From: a virus
Lineage: Duplodnaviria; Caudoviricetes
Length of the DNA: 64,000 nt
Virus record (IMG/VR): IMGVR_UViG_3300028914_000059
Span: 32,001-96,000 of that record
Direction: 5' to 3' (one strand)
Below, in pieces: positions 1 to 9,985 of the stretch (position 1 is the stretch's first letter; each line of letters starts with the position of its first letter). The position numbers and the translations under genes are program-made. The notes under the pieces were generated by a model. It searched no databases, had not been told where the DNA came from, and saw nothing but the letters and a program-made list of their open reading frames with translations.

Positions 1-8
1 ATATCACC

Positions 9-959
9 TTAGTAACCAGCGGGATCCACCATTTGAGAACCTAAAGCTTCTTCAAAGGCTTTATTAGTAATATTCTTAATAAGAGCCTGTTCCATACCGG
101 CACGACTAGAAGTAAGGTCGCCTTGAATCTTAGCTAACTGACCAACTACATTATGGTCTACACCGCGCATACCATAAGAAGACATATTGGTTATGAACTG
201 ACCAGCAACTAATGGGTTAGTTGTAAGTTTAGGGGCAAAGTCATTAAGAACATTCCAGTACTTATCAACCTGTGTTCTTGGCATATCGCTTAATTCTGGA
301 AATTCATCAAACATCTGTTTGTAAGAAAGTTGTTTTTTTACGGAATCTTTAATATGATCAGCAGCCCCACTTGCGGCAGCAAGGCCAATTCCACCAAGAG
401 CAGTAAGCCCAGCTACAGGCATAATAGCTTTAGCTGCTGGAGATTCCAATAGTTCAAGCAAGCGGCCTTTAGCAGGTGCTGGATTCAATTTTTTATCCAT
501 TACATGTTCCAAAAATTTAGATATACCGTTACCTATTGGCTTTGCCAGGAGATTATCAAAAGCACTAACACCTACATCAGTCCAATCTTTACCAGCTTGT
601 TTAGTCATATAAATATGATCTACTAAGTCATTAACTACTTTAACATCATAGGATGATATCTTTTCCATACTATCAGACCTTTCACCCCGGATGTTTCTGA
701 CCGAGGAAATTTTATATAAAGAATTTATATTCTCATTCAACTTATTATAATCTACAGTTGTAGCAGAAGCAATACCCGGAGCTTTTGGAGCTCTGGCTTG
801 AGGTATTTGTGGCATATTGAATTTAGGTAATCCATTAAACATCAAATGGTTAGCTGCAGATGCTTTTAAACTACCTGGCCCGAATACCTTATTGAATACC
901 CCAGTCATTAAAAGAGGCATTCCAAGATCCATAGCTAAATTGCCATACTTGAAAGACAT
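9..959 (-). CDS. Hypothetical protein, probable virion/head-associated protein
   Basis: 316-aa ORF in the structural block; Gly/Ala-rich hydrophobic segment (AGLTALGGIGLAAASG); K-x-A/S motifs. Confidence 0.55.
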   Translation of the reverse strand: MSFKYGNLAMDLGMPLLMTGVFNKVFGPGSLKASAANHLMFNGLPKFNMPQIPQARAPKAPGIASATTVDYNKLNENINSLYKISSVRNIRGERSDSMEKISSYDVKVVNDLVDHIYMTKQAGKDWTDVGVSAFDNLLAKPIGNGISKFLEHVMDKKLNPAPAKGRLLELLESPAAKAIMPVAGLTALGGIGLAAASGAADHIKDSVKKQLSYKQMFDEFPELSDMPRTQVDKYWNVLNDFAPKLTTNPLVAGQFITNMSSYGMRGVDHNVVGQLAKIQGDLTSSRAGMEQALIKNITNKAFEEALGSQMVDPAGY

Positions 960-962
960 AAT

Positions 963-1856
963 TTACTCCTTGTTCATATCATGTCTGCGAATGCCTTTTT
1001 TAATAGAATCTATCTTAGAAACTATATAGTCTCTTGCATGACAGGACTCGCAAATACAGTCATGATTATCAACAATAGTGTTTAAACTCTTTATTACAGG
1101 GTTAGCTTTATTAACTACACTGTCGTTTCTCACGCCTTTAGCGGTTTCAGAAATAACCTTTGCTTCGGCTTGCTTATGAGAACCGGAAAAACTGATATTA
1201 TATTTCTTCAGATTTTCAGCCACCTTCATAAAAGTGTGATTTATTAACTCAGTGTGGTTTGGAAAAGCTATACGTCCAGCAGCATAAGCCATGGAGATGT
1301 CTTCCCCACGAAGAGCTGCTTCTTTTAAGCACTGTGTTAATTTATTTTCAGCACCTACCATATAACGCTTAGCATTGATAGTCTGAAAGTCAAGTTCATC
1401 TTTCAACTGAGCAAGCTTAGCTATTATTCTGTTAGCTTTGGTTTCAGAAATATTTACCTGATTTTCGTAATCAGTAATAGCAGCAGCTACTTTTTCAAGA
1501 CCAGCAGTATTTTTAGCAGAAGCTATCTTAGTATCTGACGGAAGGAGATCACGAATAGAATCTACAGGAACGGTAGTTTCATCATAAGATGCTTCTTTGC
1601 CCATAGCATTCATAGCTTCAGCTATTTTTTCCTGGTCTGCCATATCGAATACAAACTCAGCGTTTTTATGCATACCCCATAGAGTGTCATAAGTATTTAT
1701 GTTAGCAGCTTCACAGACTCTGGCAACCTGATGTGGGTTGAGTGAGGCTGTCTTAGTAAGCTGTAGTATAGTGTCATTCATAGGTACCTGCTCATCCAGG
1801 TATTTTGATGAGGCGAATTTCCCCATCGCCTTCAATTCGAGTTCGGTTCTATTCAT
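963..1856 (-). CDS. Hypothetical protein, probable head/virion protein
   Basis: 297-aa ORF with strong SD (aggaggacgaggtaATG); repeated TKTAS/EKIA/TKIAS/EKVAA motifs; next to terminase. Confidence 0.6.
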   Translation of the reverse strand: MNRTELELKAMGKFASSKYLDEQVPMNDTILQLTKTASLNPHQVARVCEAANINTYDTLWGMHKNAEFVFDMADQEKIAEAMNAMGKEASYDETTVPVDSIRDLLPSDTKIASAKNTAGLEKVAAAITDYENQVNISETKANRIIAKLAQLKDELDFQTINAKRYMVGAENKLTQCLKEAALRGEDISMAYAAGRIAFPNHTELINHTFMKVAENLKKYNISFSGSHKQAEAKVISETAKGVRNDSVVNKANPVIKSLNTIVDNHDCICESCHARDYIVSKIDSIKKGIRRHDMNKE

Positions 1857-1912
1857 TACCTCGTCCTCCTATATATTTAATAGGTACTAAACTTTAAAAG
1901 ATTTGTCAAGCA

Positions 1913-3469
1913 TTATAGTGTGCGGAGTAGATGATCTGCTGTCATCTTGCATATCATATAGGAATGGAAGGCATCATCAGGAAGTACATGATCATAATAC
2001 ATCTGTCCACCACTGGACCTGAATTCTACACAGATGGTAAGAAAATCTTGTGCAAAATCTTTAAATCCTTCCCAGGCAAAAAATTCCACTTTTTTATTTT
2101 TTATTTCTACAAATCTGTCTGTCATGCATTCGGTTCTGTTAAATACCATTCGGCCAGCTTCAGGTATCCATTTAGCATTAACTCTTAGACTGTCACTAGC
2201 CTGCCATTCAATAACTCTGTCGGGATCAAGCATCTGTTTGAGCTGGGCATTGTGCATAAATCCTGCACCCCAGTCTACCCCGACTGCCATCACACCTAAC
2301 TGTGTAGCCAGTTTTTTAATATATTCAACTTGATAAATTGGGTCAGATTCATTTCCTGTAAACTTATGCATTCCAAGGAGCTTGAACTTACCATCCCAGT
2401 CATAACATCCCAGACTACATACGGTATAGCCTGTAGCATGTCCGTTTTTCTGAGCACTTACACTGATGTCACCGTGTCCCCAGTCCACCCCAAGGAATAA
2501 ATGTAAAGGTTGAGTATGTGGTGTTCTCTTTAAAGCTAGTGGTCTCCTATCGTCACATACCGCCCGCAGTTCTGACTCAGAAATAGGGTTAGCACTACTA
2601 TCACAGGGCAGTGCCATTACTTCGTTCATAAACTTAGCATTGGGGTAAGTGTTTAACTTCTCAATTATTTTAGACCATTTGGCCGTTGGGGATATTATTT
2701 GTGGGACCCTAAATCCTGATAGATAAACATCCTTGTCTCCGATATTACGCTTAGCTACCCATTGTCCTTCAGAATCTCTAGGGAGTTCTTTGCCACACTT
2801 CTTACATATCATATATTCCAGACCTATATTTTCCATGCCTAGAATATTCCACTTGTTACAATGCGGGCATTTCATTATCCATTCATTCTGAGTAGATCTT
2901 GCCCATAATCTGGCTAAAGTATTATTTACAGTTTTAGGGGTGCCTGCATAGGTTCTCCACTGATATCTGGAACCGGACAAACATTCTTCTATAATGGGGA
3001 CATTATCCATGATAATATCCTGGATCTCATCTATGGTAACCTTATCTGCTGATACACCACGGATAGCATCCGCTGTTAAAAAAGCATATTTCAAAGTTAT
3101 GCTTGAACCATTGGAGAATGTACGTTTACTAACGTTCTGAACAGTAGGTCCATTCAGCATATAAGATCTGAATGTGGGGGAAAATCTTATAAAGGGGAGC
3201 AGTTTACTGTTTGAAAATTCTGAGGTTTGTTCCTTGCGCGGAGATACGTAAAGAGTATTAAAAAAAGGCATTACAAAAGAATCAATGAGGCTGTCAGACG
3301 CGATAAATGTAGATTTACCGTACTGACGCCCCATCATTAAAAGCACATCGTTTTCCTGCAAGTTATACAGGGTTAACATAGGTGCTCTGTCTTTTAAACT
3401 ATAAGGTTCATTATTAAGACAGAGCATTGTCTGTACCAAGTCTGACTTGGAGCAGTTTATCTGTGACAT
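1913..3469 (-). CDS. terL: Terminase large subunit (GpA-like ATPase plus nuclease)
   Basis: Walker A MGRQYGKST, Walker B VTIDEIQD, GTPK coupling motif, CPHC..CKKC zinc site, nuclease LGVDWG and C-terminal DDAFHS. Confidence 0.9.
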   Translation of the reverse strand: MSQINCSKSDLVQTMLCLNNEPYSLKDRAPMLTLYNLQENDVLLMMGRQYGKSTFIASDSLIDSFVMPFFNTLYVSPRKEQTSEFSNSKLLPFIRFSPTFRSYMLNGPTVQNVSKRTFSNGSSITLKYAFLTADAIRGVSADKVTIDEIQDIIMDNVPIIEECLSGSRYQWRTYAGTPKTVNNTLARLWARSTQNEWIMKCPHCNKWNILGMENIGLEYMICKKCGKELPRDSEGQWVAKRNIGDKDVYLSGFRVPQIISPTAKWSKIIEKLNTYPNAKFMNEVMALPCDSSANPISESELRAVCDDRRPLALKRTPHTQPLHLFLGVDWGHGDISVSAQKNGHATGYTVCSLGCYDWDGKFKLLGMHKFTGNESDPIYQVEYIKKLATQLGVMAVGVDWGAGFMHNAQLKQMLDPDRVIEWQASDSLRVNAKWIPEAGRMVFNRTECMTDRFVEIKNKKVEFFAWEGFKDFAQDFLTICVEFRSSGGQMYYDHVLPDDAFHSYMICKMTADHLLRTL

Positions 3470-3486
3470 TTATTTATATTATATAA

Positions 3487-4065
3487 TCAATTCCAAACTC
3501 TGCGCGGAGTTTGTTGTATGCCGCCGCCAGTTACTTTACCCCACTTAAAATCACCGGAATTTAAGGCATCAAATGCCGCATTATTTCCTGCTGGTACAGC
3601 AGTTGCTGGAGTACCGCCAAACATGCCTTTAAGTGTTTGCATATCTTTATTTCCTAGCATAGCATCAGCTATAATAGAGCCCCCCGCACCACCGGCATAT
3701 CCACCGCCGAAGCCTTTAGCTAAACCAGTAGCCTGACCTTTTAAGCTGCCACCCATAGTACCTTTTATTTTATTCCAAGCTCCAGGATCAGCATTCTTGT
3801 AGCCTTGGACAGCACCAGTTGCACCACCTCTAAGACTACCCAGTATTCCAGATAGAGCGCCGGAGTGCAAACCTCGTTGGTTAGCTCGACGTAATATATT
3901 CCCCATTTCTGGACTTGTTATGGCATTTTTCGCCTGAGCGGCTAAGGCCCCTATATCTAAAGCTGTTTTTTCGTGTCCGGTTAAACTATTGTCTAATGCA
4001 GCAAGCTTGACTTGTACCGCCGTAGCAACATCATTAATTAAGTTTTCAGTTAGAGTATCAGCCAT
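3487..4065 (-). CDS. Gly-rich putative internal virion protein with KLAA leader
   Basis: N-terminus DVATAVQVKLAAL..EKTA shared with other ORFs in the window; glycine-zipper segments. Confidence 0.55.
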   Translation of the reverse strand: MADTLTENLINDVATAVQVKLAALDNSLTGHEKTALDIGALAAQAKNAITSPEMGNILRRANQRGLHSGALSGILGSLRGGATGAVQGYKNADPGAWNKIKGTMGGSLKGQATGLAKGFGGGYAGGAGGSIIADAMLGNKDMQTLKGMFGGTPATAVPAGNNAAFDALNSGDFKWGKVTGGGIQQTPRRVWN

Positions 4066-4076
4066 TTTACGACTCC

Positions 4077-4925
4077 TTATATAATATCTTCCTTCAGTTT
4101 AGACATCTCTGGAATATCCGTCTGCTTAATTTTAGCCAGTCTTAATTCCAAGTCTGCCGCAACTGCAGGAGTAGCCTTACCTGTGATATCTTCCAACTTT
4201 TCAGCGGCCCGCATAGCCATATTAGCCCACTGTAAAGTTTTGTTCATACTTTCAGTATCCTCACCAGCTACTGAAGTTTTGAATTTTTCAAAAGACTCAT
4301 TCATTACTGTAGTTAAAATATCTTCTAAAGTCAATGTATTCTGACCGGACAGTTTCCAGGAGGTTTCTTTCTCCCTCTTTCTATAGCTGCTCAAAAGCAG
4401 TGACCTATGCCTACGGTGTGTGCACGAGCCAATATAGTTGTATATTTCTAATTGAGACATGCCTTCCAGGTCCCAGAAATATTTGTAGAATAACTGTAAA
4501 CCCTCTAAAGAAACCCTGGCTCTGTATCTGTCTTTTACAGCTTTAAGGATCTCTTTATCTTCTTTGCCATAAACATACATACATTCAACAAGTATTCTGG
4601 CATCCATGTCGGTCATTATTAAGAGGGCTTCATTCCAGTGTGGAATTTTATTCCCTCTCATAACGTCTATCATCTCGTCAATGTCTAAAGATTTCAAAGA
4701 ATCCCCAGCCAGCTGTAAAAATTTTTCAAAATCATACTTTACCCCTGGACGAGCATATTCAAGCGATTCCTCAGGAAGATTAACAAGCAAGCTGTCTCTA
4801 AGCTTATCCATCTCTGCTTCAGTTGGTGGAGTAAGCTTAAAGGCTCTAAGTCTGTCACTTATTGTAGTAACAGAGTATCCTTTTAAAAGAAGCGCTTTCA
4901 TATACCTGTCATAGGGGTATCGCAT
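4077..4925 (-). CDS. Hypothetical helical protein
   Basis: 282-aa ORF tightly packed in the operon; no diagnostic motif. Confidence 0.55.
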   Translation of the reverse strand: MRYPYDRYMKALLLKGYSVTTISDRLRAFKLTPPTEAEMDKLRDSLLVNLPEESLEYARPGVKYDFEKFLQLAGDSLKSLDIDEMIDVMRGNKIPHWNEALLIMTDMDARILVECMYVYGKEDKEILKAVKDRYRARVSLEGLQLFYKYFWDLEGMSQLEIYNYIGSCTHRRHRSLLLSSYRKREKETSWKLSGQNTLTLEDILTTVMNESFEKFKTSVAGEDTESMNKTLQWANMAMRAAEKLEDITGKATPAVAADLELRLAKIKQTDIPEMSKLKEDII

Positions 4926-4931
4926 ATATTA

Positions 4932-6950
4932 TTACATCCTTGATTTAAGAGTCTTAATCACGTCATGTAAACAATCTAATACTTTTCGTATATCTTGTTC
5001 TTCTGCTATGTTATTACCTAATCTGATAGAAATCAAGAGCTTTGCTAAACCTTTCTCAGTATTTTCCATATCAGGTAGCATCATTTTAAATTCTTCAATA
5101 TTTTCAGGTGTTACATAATTCAGAGAAAGAACAGTATCTATAGATTCGTCATCATCCATAGCCGCTGCTACCTTTAAAGTAGCTAGCATGGATTCTTTGT
5201 CCATAGCTGGAACATCTTTCTGTTCTTTACTAGTATAACGCCCTTTTTCATCATGTTTTCTATCGTTGACTTTAAGATTCTTTCGTCTGCTGGACATTTC
5301 TTTAGCTCTGCTTATAGTGCCCTTTAAATAGTCAAAAGTCTTGATACTTCCAGAAGCCAGCTTAGTAACTTCTTCAAGCACATTGCTTTCGCCCGCTTGT
5401 TTCAGAATTACACATGCAGTTGCAGCATCTACCATCTGAGGATATGCAGAACCAAGTTTAACCGCATAACTGTTGGTTCCTGTTTTCCACATCTTTCCAC
5501 TCACTGTTGGTATCATTCCGCTGACAAGATATTTACCGGCCATATAGTCTTCCGCAGTTTTTACCAGTGGAGTATGCCCCGCCAATTTGATATATTTTAC
5601 AGAACTTGGGATATACCACACTTCTGGGCAGCCGCTAGTAAAGTGTTCTTTTGGGATAGCGGACAAAGATGACAGTTTAACTGCCTGGGTCCATGGAACA
5701 TTAGTCTTATTATCCAATCTGACTACAGCAACCTTACCGTTATTGCACCAGCCGGTAATTGTTGTTCCAGAACCAGCTGATTCAGAGGAAAAGTTTACAA
5801 CACTGGCAACCTTTATTGGAGTCATATACTCCTGCTGTGGGTTTAACCAAAAGGTAACTGTATCATTAACTTTAACGTTATCAGTAGTTTTTAGTGCTGC
5901 AGTTTTTATAGCCTCAGACGGCATACCCACCAGGTTGCTCTGTAAGCTGTAGCTGCCATTTTCACTGATAGCTAAAAATTCAGGTTGAGCAGAGGCTACT
6001 TTTAGTACTGTAACATTTACAGGAGTAAGATCAGTACTGGTGTAGCAAGTATAGGATCCGGCCTTTTCAACTGGAGCTATCTGATTATTGGAAGCACTGG
6101 CTTTGTCTTCCCAGGTAAATGCCATGCCACTGTTCTGTAAATCATTGAGGATTCTTCTGGCACCTTTGAGACCAGCATGTTTCATCCAGTCTGTCAGTTG
6201 GTATACATCGCAGGGGGTTTCTGTAATTTCCATAGTCCCATCGGATTTCAATTCAGCTGATTTGATAACTAAGTTACCACGTCCACGGTTTACTATTACT
6301 TTGTTACCAGATACAGCAGCCGGGCCATTGATACCAGCAGTCTTACTATTAGCCTGCAGCATAGCATCTACTACAAAACTGGCCGCTGGATTCTGTGCGA
6401 CTTTAGCCAGGACAGTCGGGTGTTGCTTTAATACCTCATGTAAATCAGAGGCTACTTTAGCATAATTAAATGAACCGGTCTTATTGGCATAACTATTTAC
6501 ATAGCCGCTACCGTAGGCACCTGGCGGTGTAACCTTATTTGAAAAACCAGTATAGGCTGCTGCTGGAATATCTTCATCAGCCATCAGCTCATCACCCAGA
6601 GCTGGAGACATTAATACTTCTTCCAGTGCTTCCGGGTCAAGGTATCTGAATTCATCGTTATACAAGAACACATCCATTGGGAGCAGTTTACCATTCTGAA
6701 CAAGGACAGGAATTACTACGTTAGTTTTACCTTCTGGATCGACTGGTATTGTATAACTACCTTTAGCATAAAGTTTATCCTGATCCACAGCGTCAAAGTT
6801 TAACTGCCCGGGAATTTGGTTCAGTACAGGTAGTTGAGTCATTAAAATATTCTGAATCTCTTCAGGCCATTTTTCTATATTCTCATTCAGCTCTACTTCT
6901 GATTGTCCTGCTTCGGTAGGGGTATCGGTTAAAAATAAATCTTCTAACAT
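4932..6950 (-). CDS. Hypothetical virion structural protein
   Basis: 672-aa ORF with SD ggag; many K-x-A motifs (AKVAS, SKTAG, IKTAA, VKTAE, TKLAS). Confidence 0.6.
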   Translation of the reverse strand: MLEDLFLTDTPTEAGQSEVELNENIEKWPEEIQNILMTQLPVLNQIPGQLNFDAVDQDKLYAKGSYTIPVDPEGKTNVVIPVLVQNGKLLPMDVFLYNDEFRYLDPEALEEVLMSPALGDELMADEDIPAAAYTGFSNKVTPPGAYGSGYVNSYANKTGSFNYAKVASDLHEVLKQHPTVLAKVAQNPAASFVVDAMLQANSKTAGINGPAAVSGNKVIVNRGRGNLVIKSAELKSDGTMEITETPCDVYQLTDWMKHAGLKGARRILNDLQNSGMAFTWEDKASASNNQIAPVEKAGSYTCYTSTDLTPVNVTVLKVASAQPEFLAISENGSYSLQSNLVGMPSEAIKTAALKTTDNVKVNDTVTFWLNPQQEYMTPIKVASVVNFSSESAGSGTTITGWCNNGKVAVVRLDNKTNVPWTQAVKLSSLSAIPKEHFTSGCPEVWYIPSSVKYIKLAGHTPLVKTAEDYMAGKYLVSGMIPTVSGKMWKTGTNSYAVKLGSAYPQMVDAATACVILKQAGESNVLEEVTKLASGSIKTFDYLKGTISRAKEMSSRRKNLKVNDRKHDEKGRYTSKEQKDVPAMDKESMLATLKVAAAMDDDESIDTVLSLNYVTPENIEEFKMMLPDMENTEKGLAKLLISIRLGNNIAEEQDIRKVLDCLHDVIKTLKSRM

Positions 6951-6965
6951 AATATTCTATCTCCA

Positions 6966-7241
6966 TTATCCACAATATGTATTAGCGGCTCGTGTCAGTA
7001 TTCTAGCTCCACATCCGCAGTGATCATAGGTAAGCGTAAAACGTCGGCTGCCAGCTACGGCAAAGCCCGATGAAAAGACTCTGGTCACACCGTGATGTTT
7101 ACGAGGACAGCAATGCAGGTCCCCATACACAGAACAAGGTCGATTGCCTCCGCCATAACCAACAGTGACATTATGACTGGAGCACCTGAATAATCTACCG
7201 CCATGACTGCTCATAGCGGGAAGAGGTACTAAACTTCTCAT
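6966..7241 (-). CDS. PAAR-like spike tip protein
   Basis: 91 aa with SHGG...GDLHCCP..HG...CGCG metal-binding pattern; directly downstream of the spike gene. Confidence 0.75.
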   Translation of the reverse strand: MRSLVPLPAMSSHGGRLFRCSSHNVTVGYGGGNRPCSVYGDLHCCPRKHHGVTRVFSSGFAVAGSRRFTLTYDHCGCGARILTRAANTYCG

Positions 7242-7250
7242 AGTATAAAC

Positions 7251-9071
7251 CTACTTTCTTGTTATCTTCATATTAACACCTCCAGGGGAGGACTGCAACA
7301 CTGCTAATAAATTTTTTCTACAATCAGCCAGCTGATCAGTAGAACCCAAAATACCTATAGTGCCACGAGTGCCTTTAGAGTTTCCACTCTTCGGATGAAT
7401 AGATATACCCGTTCTTACGTTTCCAGTCAATTCTTCATCATAGATGTCACTGACAATGAACTTCCAGCTTTGAATTGAATCACCATTTTTTGCAGACATG
7501 GCTACAAGGTCTGTAACATCTGGCTCTGCTTCACATATTAACTGGCATTCTGTCTGTGGAAGACATGGCATGTAATTAAGTCCGCCATTGACATAATTAT
7601 ATGATCCTAGGACTGTGCCCGAACTATCCTTTATTGTCATTACGCCTTCAGCATATGGAACACCATTAATTTTACTTCTACTGAGTTCCTGGCAGATAAT
7701 CTGAGCATTAGGATCAGTTGGTAAAGTAAGATTTTCTGGCAACACGGAATTTATGGCTTCGCCAACGTCACCCATCATAAGGCTTATTGCCGATACTGGA
7801 TTGGTAGCCAAAGTGTTAAAGTTAGCAGCGGATAACTGGTCAGATAAAGCATTTAATTGAGCCGCTGGGGGTATGTCAGCAGCAGCCACACTATTAGCTA
7901 GATTGTTTAAACTGGCTCCTTCAGCCGTAGGTGTGGTACTTACAGAAGTAACTTCCACAGAGGCTGAGGGTGCTGTTGGAGCAGTAGCTCCCGGAGGTTC
8001 TTTTCTATCTGAGGTTAAAGCTTCTTTGTCTTCATTTTCAAATTTAACTTTAGTATATTGCACTGATGGCGTAGTTCCACTTCCTCTGGTATGCATTATA
8101 GTTCCACCGGCGTCCTTAATACTACCTCCGGCCTCACGTATAATACTACCGCCAGAGGTTTCTTTTATAGAAGCACCTTCAAGCTGAACATTACCACCAG
8201 CTTTTAGAATAAGATTTCCTGTAGTTTCCAGATCTATTTTAGGAGATGCCAATTTAACGCCATCGTTAGAGTTTACCTTAGTAGATCCTATGGTATTTAT
8301 AGTAAGCTCAGTGCATGTAAGTTCTACTTTACCGTCTGTCTTGACAGTCAGGCCCACTTTGTTGCTTATATTAAGTGAGAAGATACTTTCCTTATCTTCT
8401 AAAGTACCCATAGTGGCTTTGATGAAATTTTCCTTGTCATCCCTGTTTTTATAAAGAGTTACTGTTGTTGTAGAATTACCAGACTCGTCGTTATGGTTCA
8501 TATCTACACGACCAGCAGCATTTTCTATCAACATTCTAATACTATGCAGTCTTATCAGGTTTTCTATGTCTTCTAGAAGTACCTTGCAGTATTCGGCATT
8601 TTGAATAGCTATTCTATGAGAGTCCTTCTGCACCCCAATAAGATTACCCGCATCAGTGCTGAGCTGCATATCACCTTCACCCAGCTCTGGTTTCTTATTT
8701 TTAAATACAGAACCACTTTCATCTAAACCACTCTTGTCTAGCTGAGGTATAGTTCCTATTATAACCCATTTTCCAGTAGGTAATTTAGATACAACAACTG
8801 TAGAGTGTACTTCTGGTCTGTGAGAAAATCCAGCCCCTGTAGTACAGTTAAACCATGGAGAAGACCACAGGACTTCAGTAAGCTGACCTACTTTAGTAGA
8901 GGGTAATACAGTGCATGTATAATTATCCGGATCTACGTCTTCGACGGTTCCTGTAATAGTAGTTATATTTCTTAAATTATCAGTGTCAAGAGCATTAAGA
9001 TTATTCATAGGGCCCCAGACAGAGTTTTCCCTGGTATAACCAGTTAAAGAAAAAAAGGGATGACTAGTCAT
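7251..9071 (-). CDS. Baseplate central spike (gp5/VgrG-like) with C-terminal extension
   Basis: N-terminal OB-fold-like part (GTVEDVDPDNYTCTV...RPEVHSTVVV...WVIIG), beta-helix-like repeats, linker, C-terminal RTGISIHP..GTRGTIG domain; PAAR gene adjacent. Confidence 0.7.
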   Translation of the reverse strand: MTSHPFFSLTGYTRENSVWGPMNNLNALDTDNLRNITTITGTVEDVDPDNYTCTVLPSTKVGQLTEVLWSSPWFNCTTGAGFSHRPEVHSTVVVSKLPTGKWVIIGTIPQLDKSGLDESGSVFKNKKPELGEGDMQLSTDAGNLIGVQKDSHRIAIQNAEYCKVLLEDIENLIRLHSIRMLIENAAGRVDMNHNDESGNSTTTVTLYKNRDDKENFIKATMGTLEDKESIFSLNISNKVGLTVKTDGKVELTCTELTINTIGSTKVNSNDGVKLASPKIDLETTGNLILKAGGNVQLEGASIKETSGGSIIREAGGSIKDAGGTIMHTRGSGTTPSVQYTKVKFENEDKEALTSDRKEPPGATAPTAPSASVEVTSVSTTPTAEGASLNNLANSVAAADIPPAAQLNALSDQLSAANFNTLATNPVSAISLMMGDVGEAINSVLPENLTLPTDPNAQIICQELSRSKINGVPYAEGVMTIKDSSGTVLGSYNYVNGGLNYMPCLPQTECQLICEAEPDVTDLVAMSAKNGDSIQSWKFIVSDIYDEELTGNVRTGISIHPKSGNSKGTRGTIGILGSTDQLADCRKNLLAVLQSSPGGVNMKITRK

Positions 9072-9825
9072 CTACATACTCCTCTCCGGGTTCTCCACCA
9101 TATTCATCCAGGTATGCTTCTTTAAATTTAGCTAGCCCGGAATTTTTTATCTGTCTGACACGTTCTTTAGTAACACCTAAAATATTGCCTATCCAATTTA
9201 GTGTTTTTGGGGCCGGCACCAGGAGTCCTAAAATATGGTCCAAAACAAAAAATTCTTCAGGCGTTACTGATTTTCTTAATAAGTCCAGATTCTGGTTGGA
9301 TGTGTCTGTACAGCTTTCGCTTAAGTCTGGAATACTATTATCGGAAGTGGTTTCCAGAGATTCTATCTGACAGCTTTGCTTTAAACCGGCCATAACATTT
9401 ACTATTCTATGTAATCTGGATTCGGTAACCCCCAGCTTTTCAGCTATAGCTCGCATTTTATTTTTCATTTTGCTATATTTAGGTGTATTAACTAAACGCA
9501 GATATTTAGTATAAACAAAATGATATTCTTCTGGGATTTTTACAACATGAGCGTGCTTAAATGCCAACCCATACATATAGGTTTTTATCCAATACTGAGC
9601 GTACGTATAGAAAGAGGCGAGCTTAGGATCAAATTTTTCCTGAGCACGTATAATACCTAAAAAGCCCTCCTGACAGAGGTCTTCATAGGGTATTTTAGAT
9701 ACTGATGTTAAGTATACGGCAAGCTTATTAATGTACCATTTCAGCTTGTCGTAATATTCTTCCATCTCTCTTGTCTTTGCAGACTGTCTCAAACCTAATT
9801 CTCTCCTTCTCAATATCCAGAACAT
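9064..9825 (-). CDS. Phage sigma-70 family factor (true start possibly the internal Met of MEEYY at 9765)
   Basis: Region 2 YEDLCQEGFLGIIRAQEKFDP...FYTYAQYWIK; region 4 HTH KTLNWIGNILGVTKERVRQIK. Confidence 0.9.
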   Translation of the reverse strand: MFWILRRRELGLRQSAKTREMEEYYDKLKWYINKLAVYLTSVSKIPYEDLCQEGFLGIIRAQEKFDPKLASFYTYAQYWIKTYMYGLAFKHAHVVKIPEEYHFVYTKYLRLVNTPKYSKMKNKMRAIAEKLGVTESRLHRIVNVMAGLKQSCQIESLETTSDNSIPDLSESCTDTSNQNLDLLRKSVTPEEFFVLDHILGLLVPAPKTLNWIGNILGVTKERVRQIKNSGLAKFKEAYLDEYGGEPGEEYVDD

Positions 9826-9985
9826 TAAGTATAAACAGCATAAAATCTGCCAAGGATTCTTTAGTGTCCACCGGCTCGTCTGAGGCGGCTATTATTCGCA
9901 TAATATGCTTGGTAATATCCTCCATGCTACTTACCAGTTTCTTTTTATCAGTATCGGTTGCAAGTCTCTGAGTTAACTGTATCAT
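9728..9985 (-). CDS. Small hypothetical protein
   Basis: 85-aa ORF coupled to the upstream gene by ATGA overlap; overlaps the 5' end of the sigma ORF. Confidence 0.5.
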   Translation of the reverse strand: MIQLTQRLATDTDKKKLVSSMEDITKHIMRIIAASDEPVDTKESLADFMLFILNVLDIEKERIRFETVCKDKRDGRILRQAEMVH

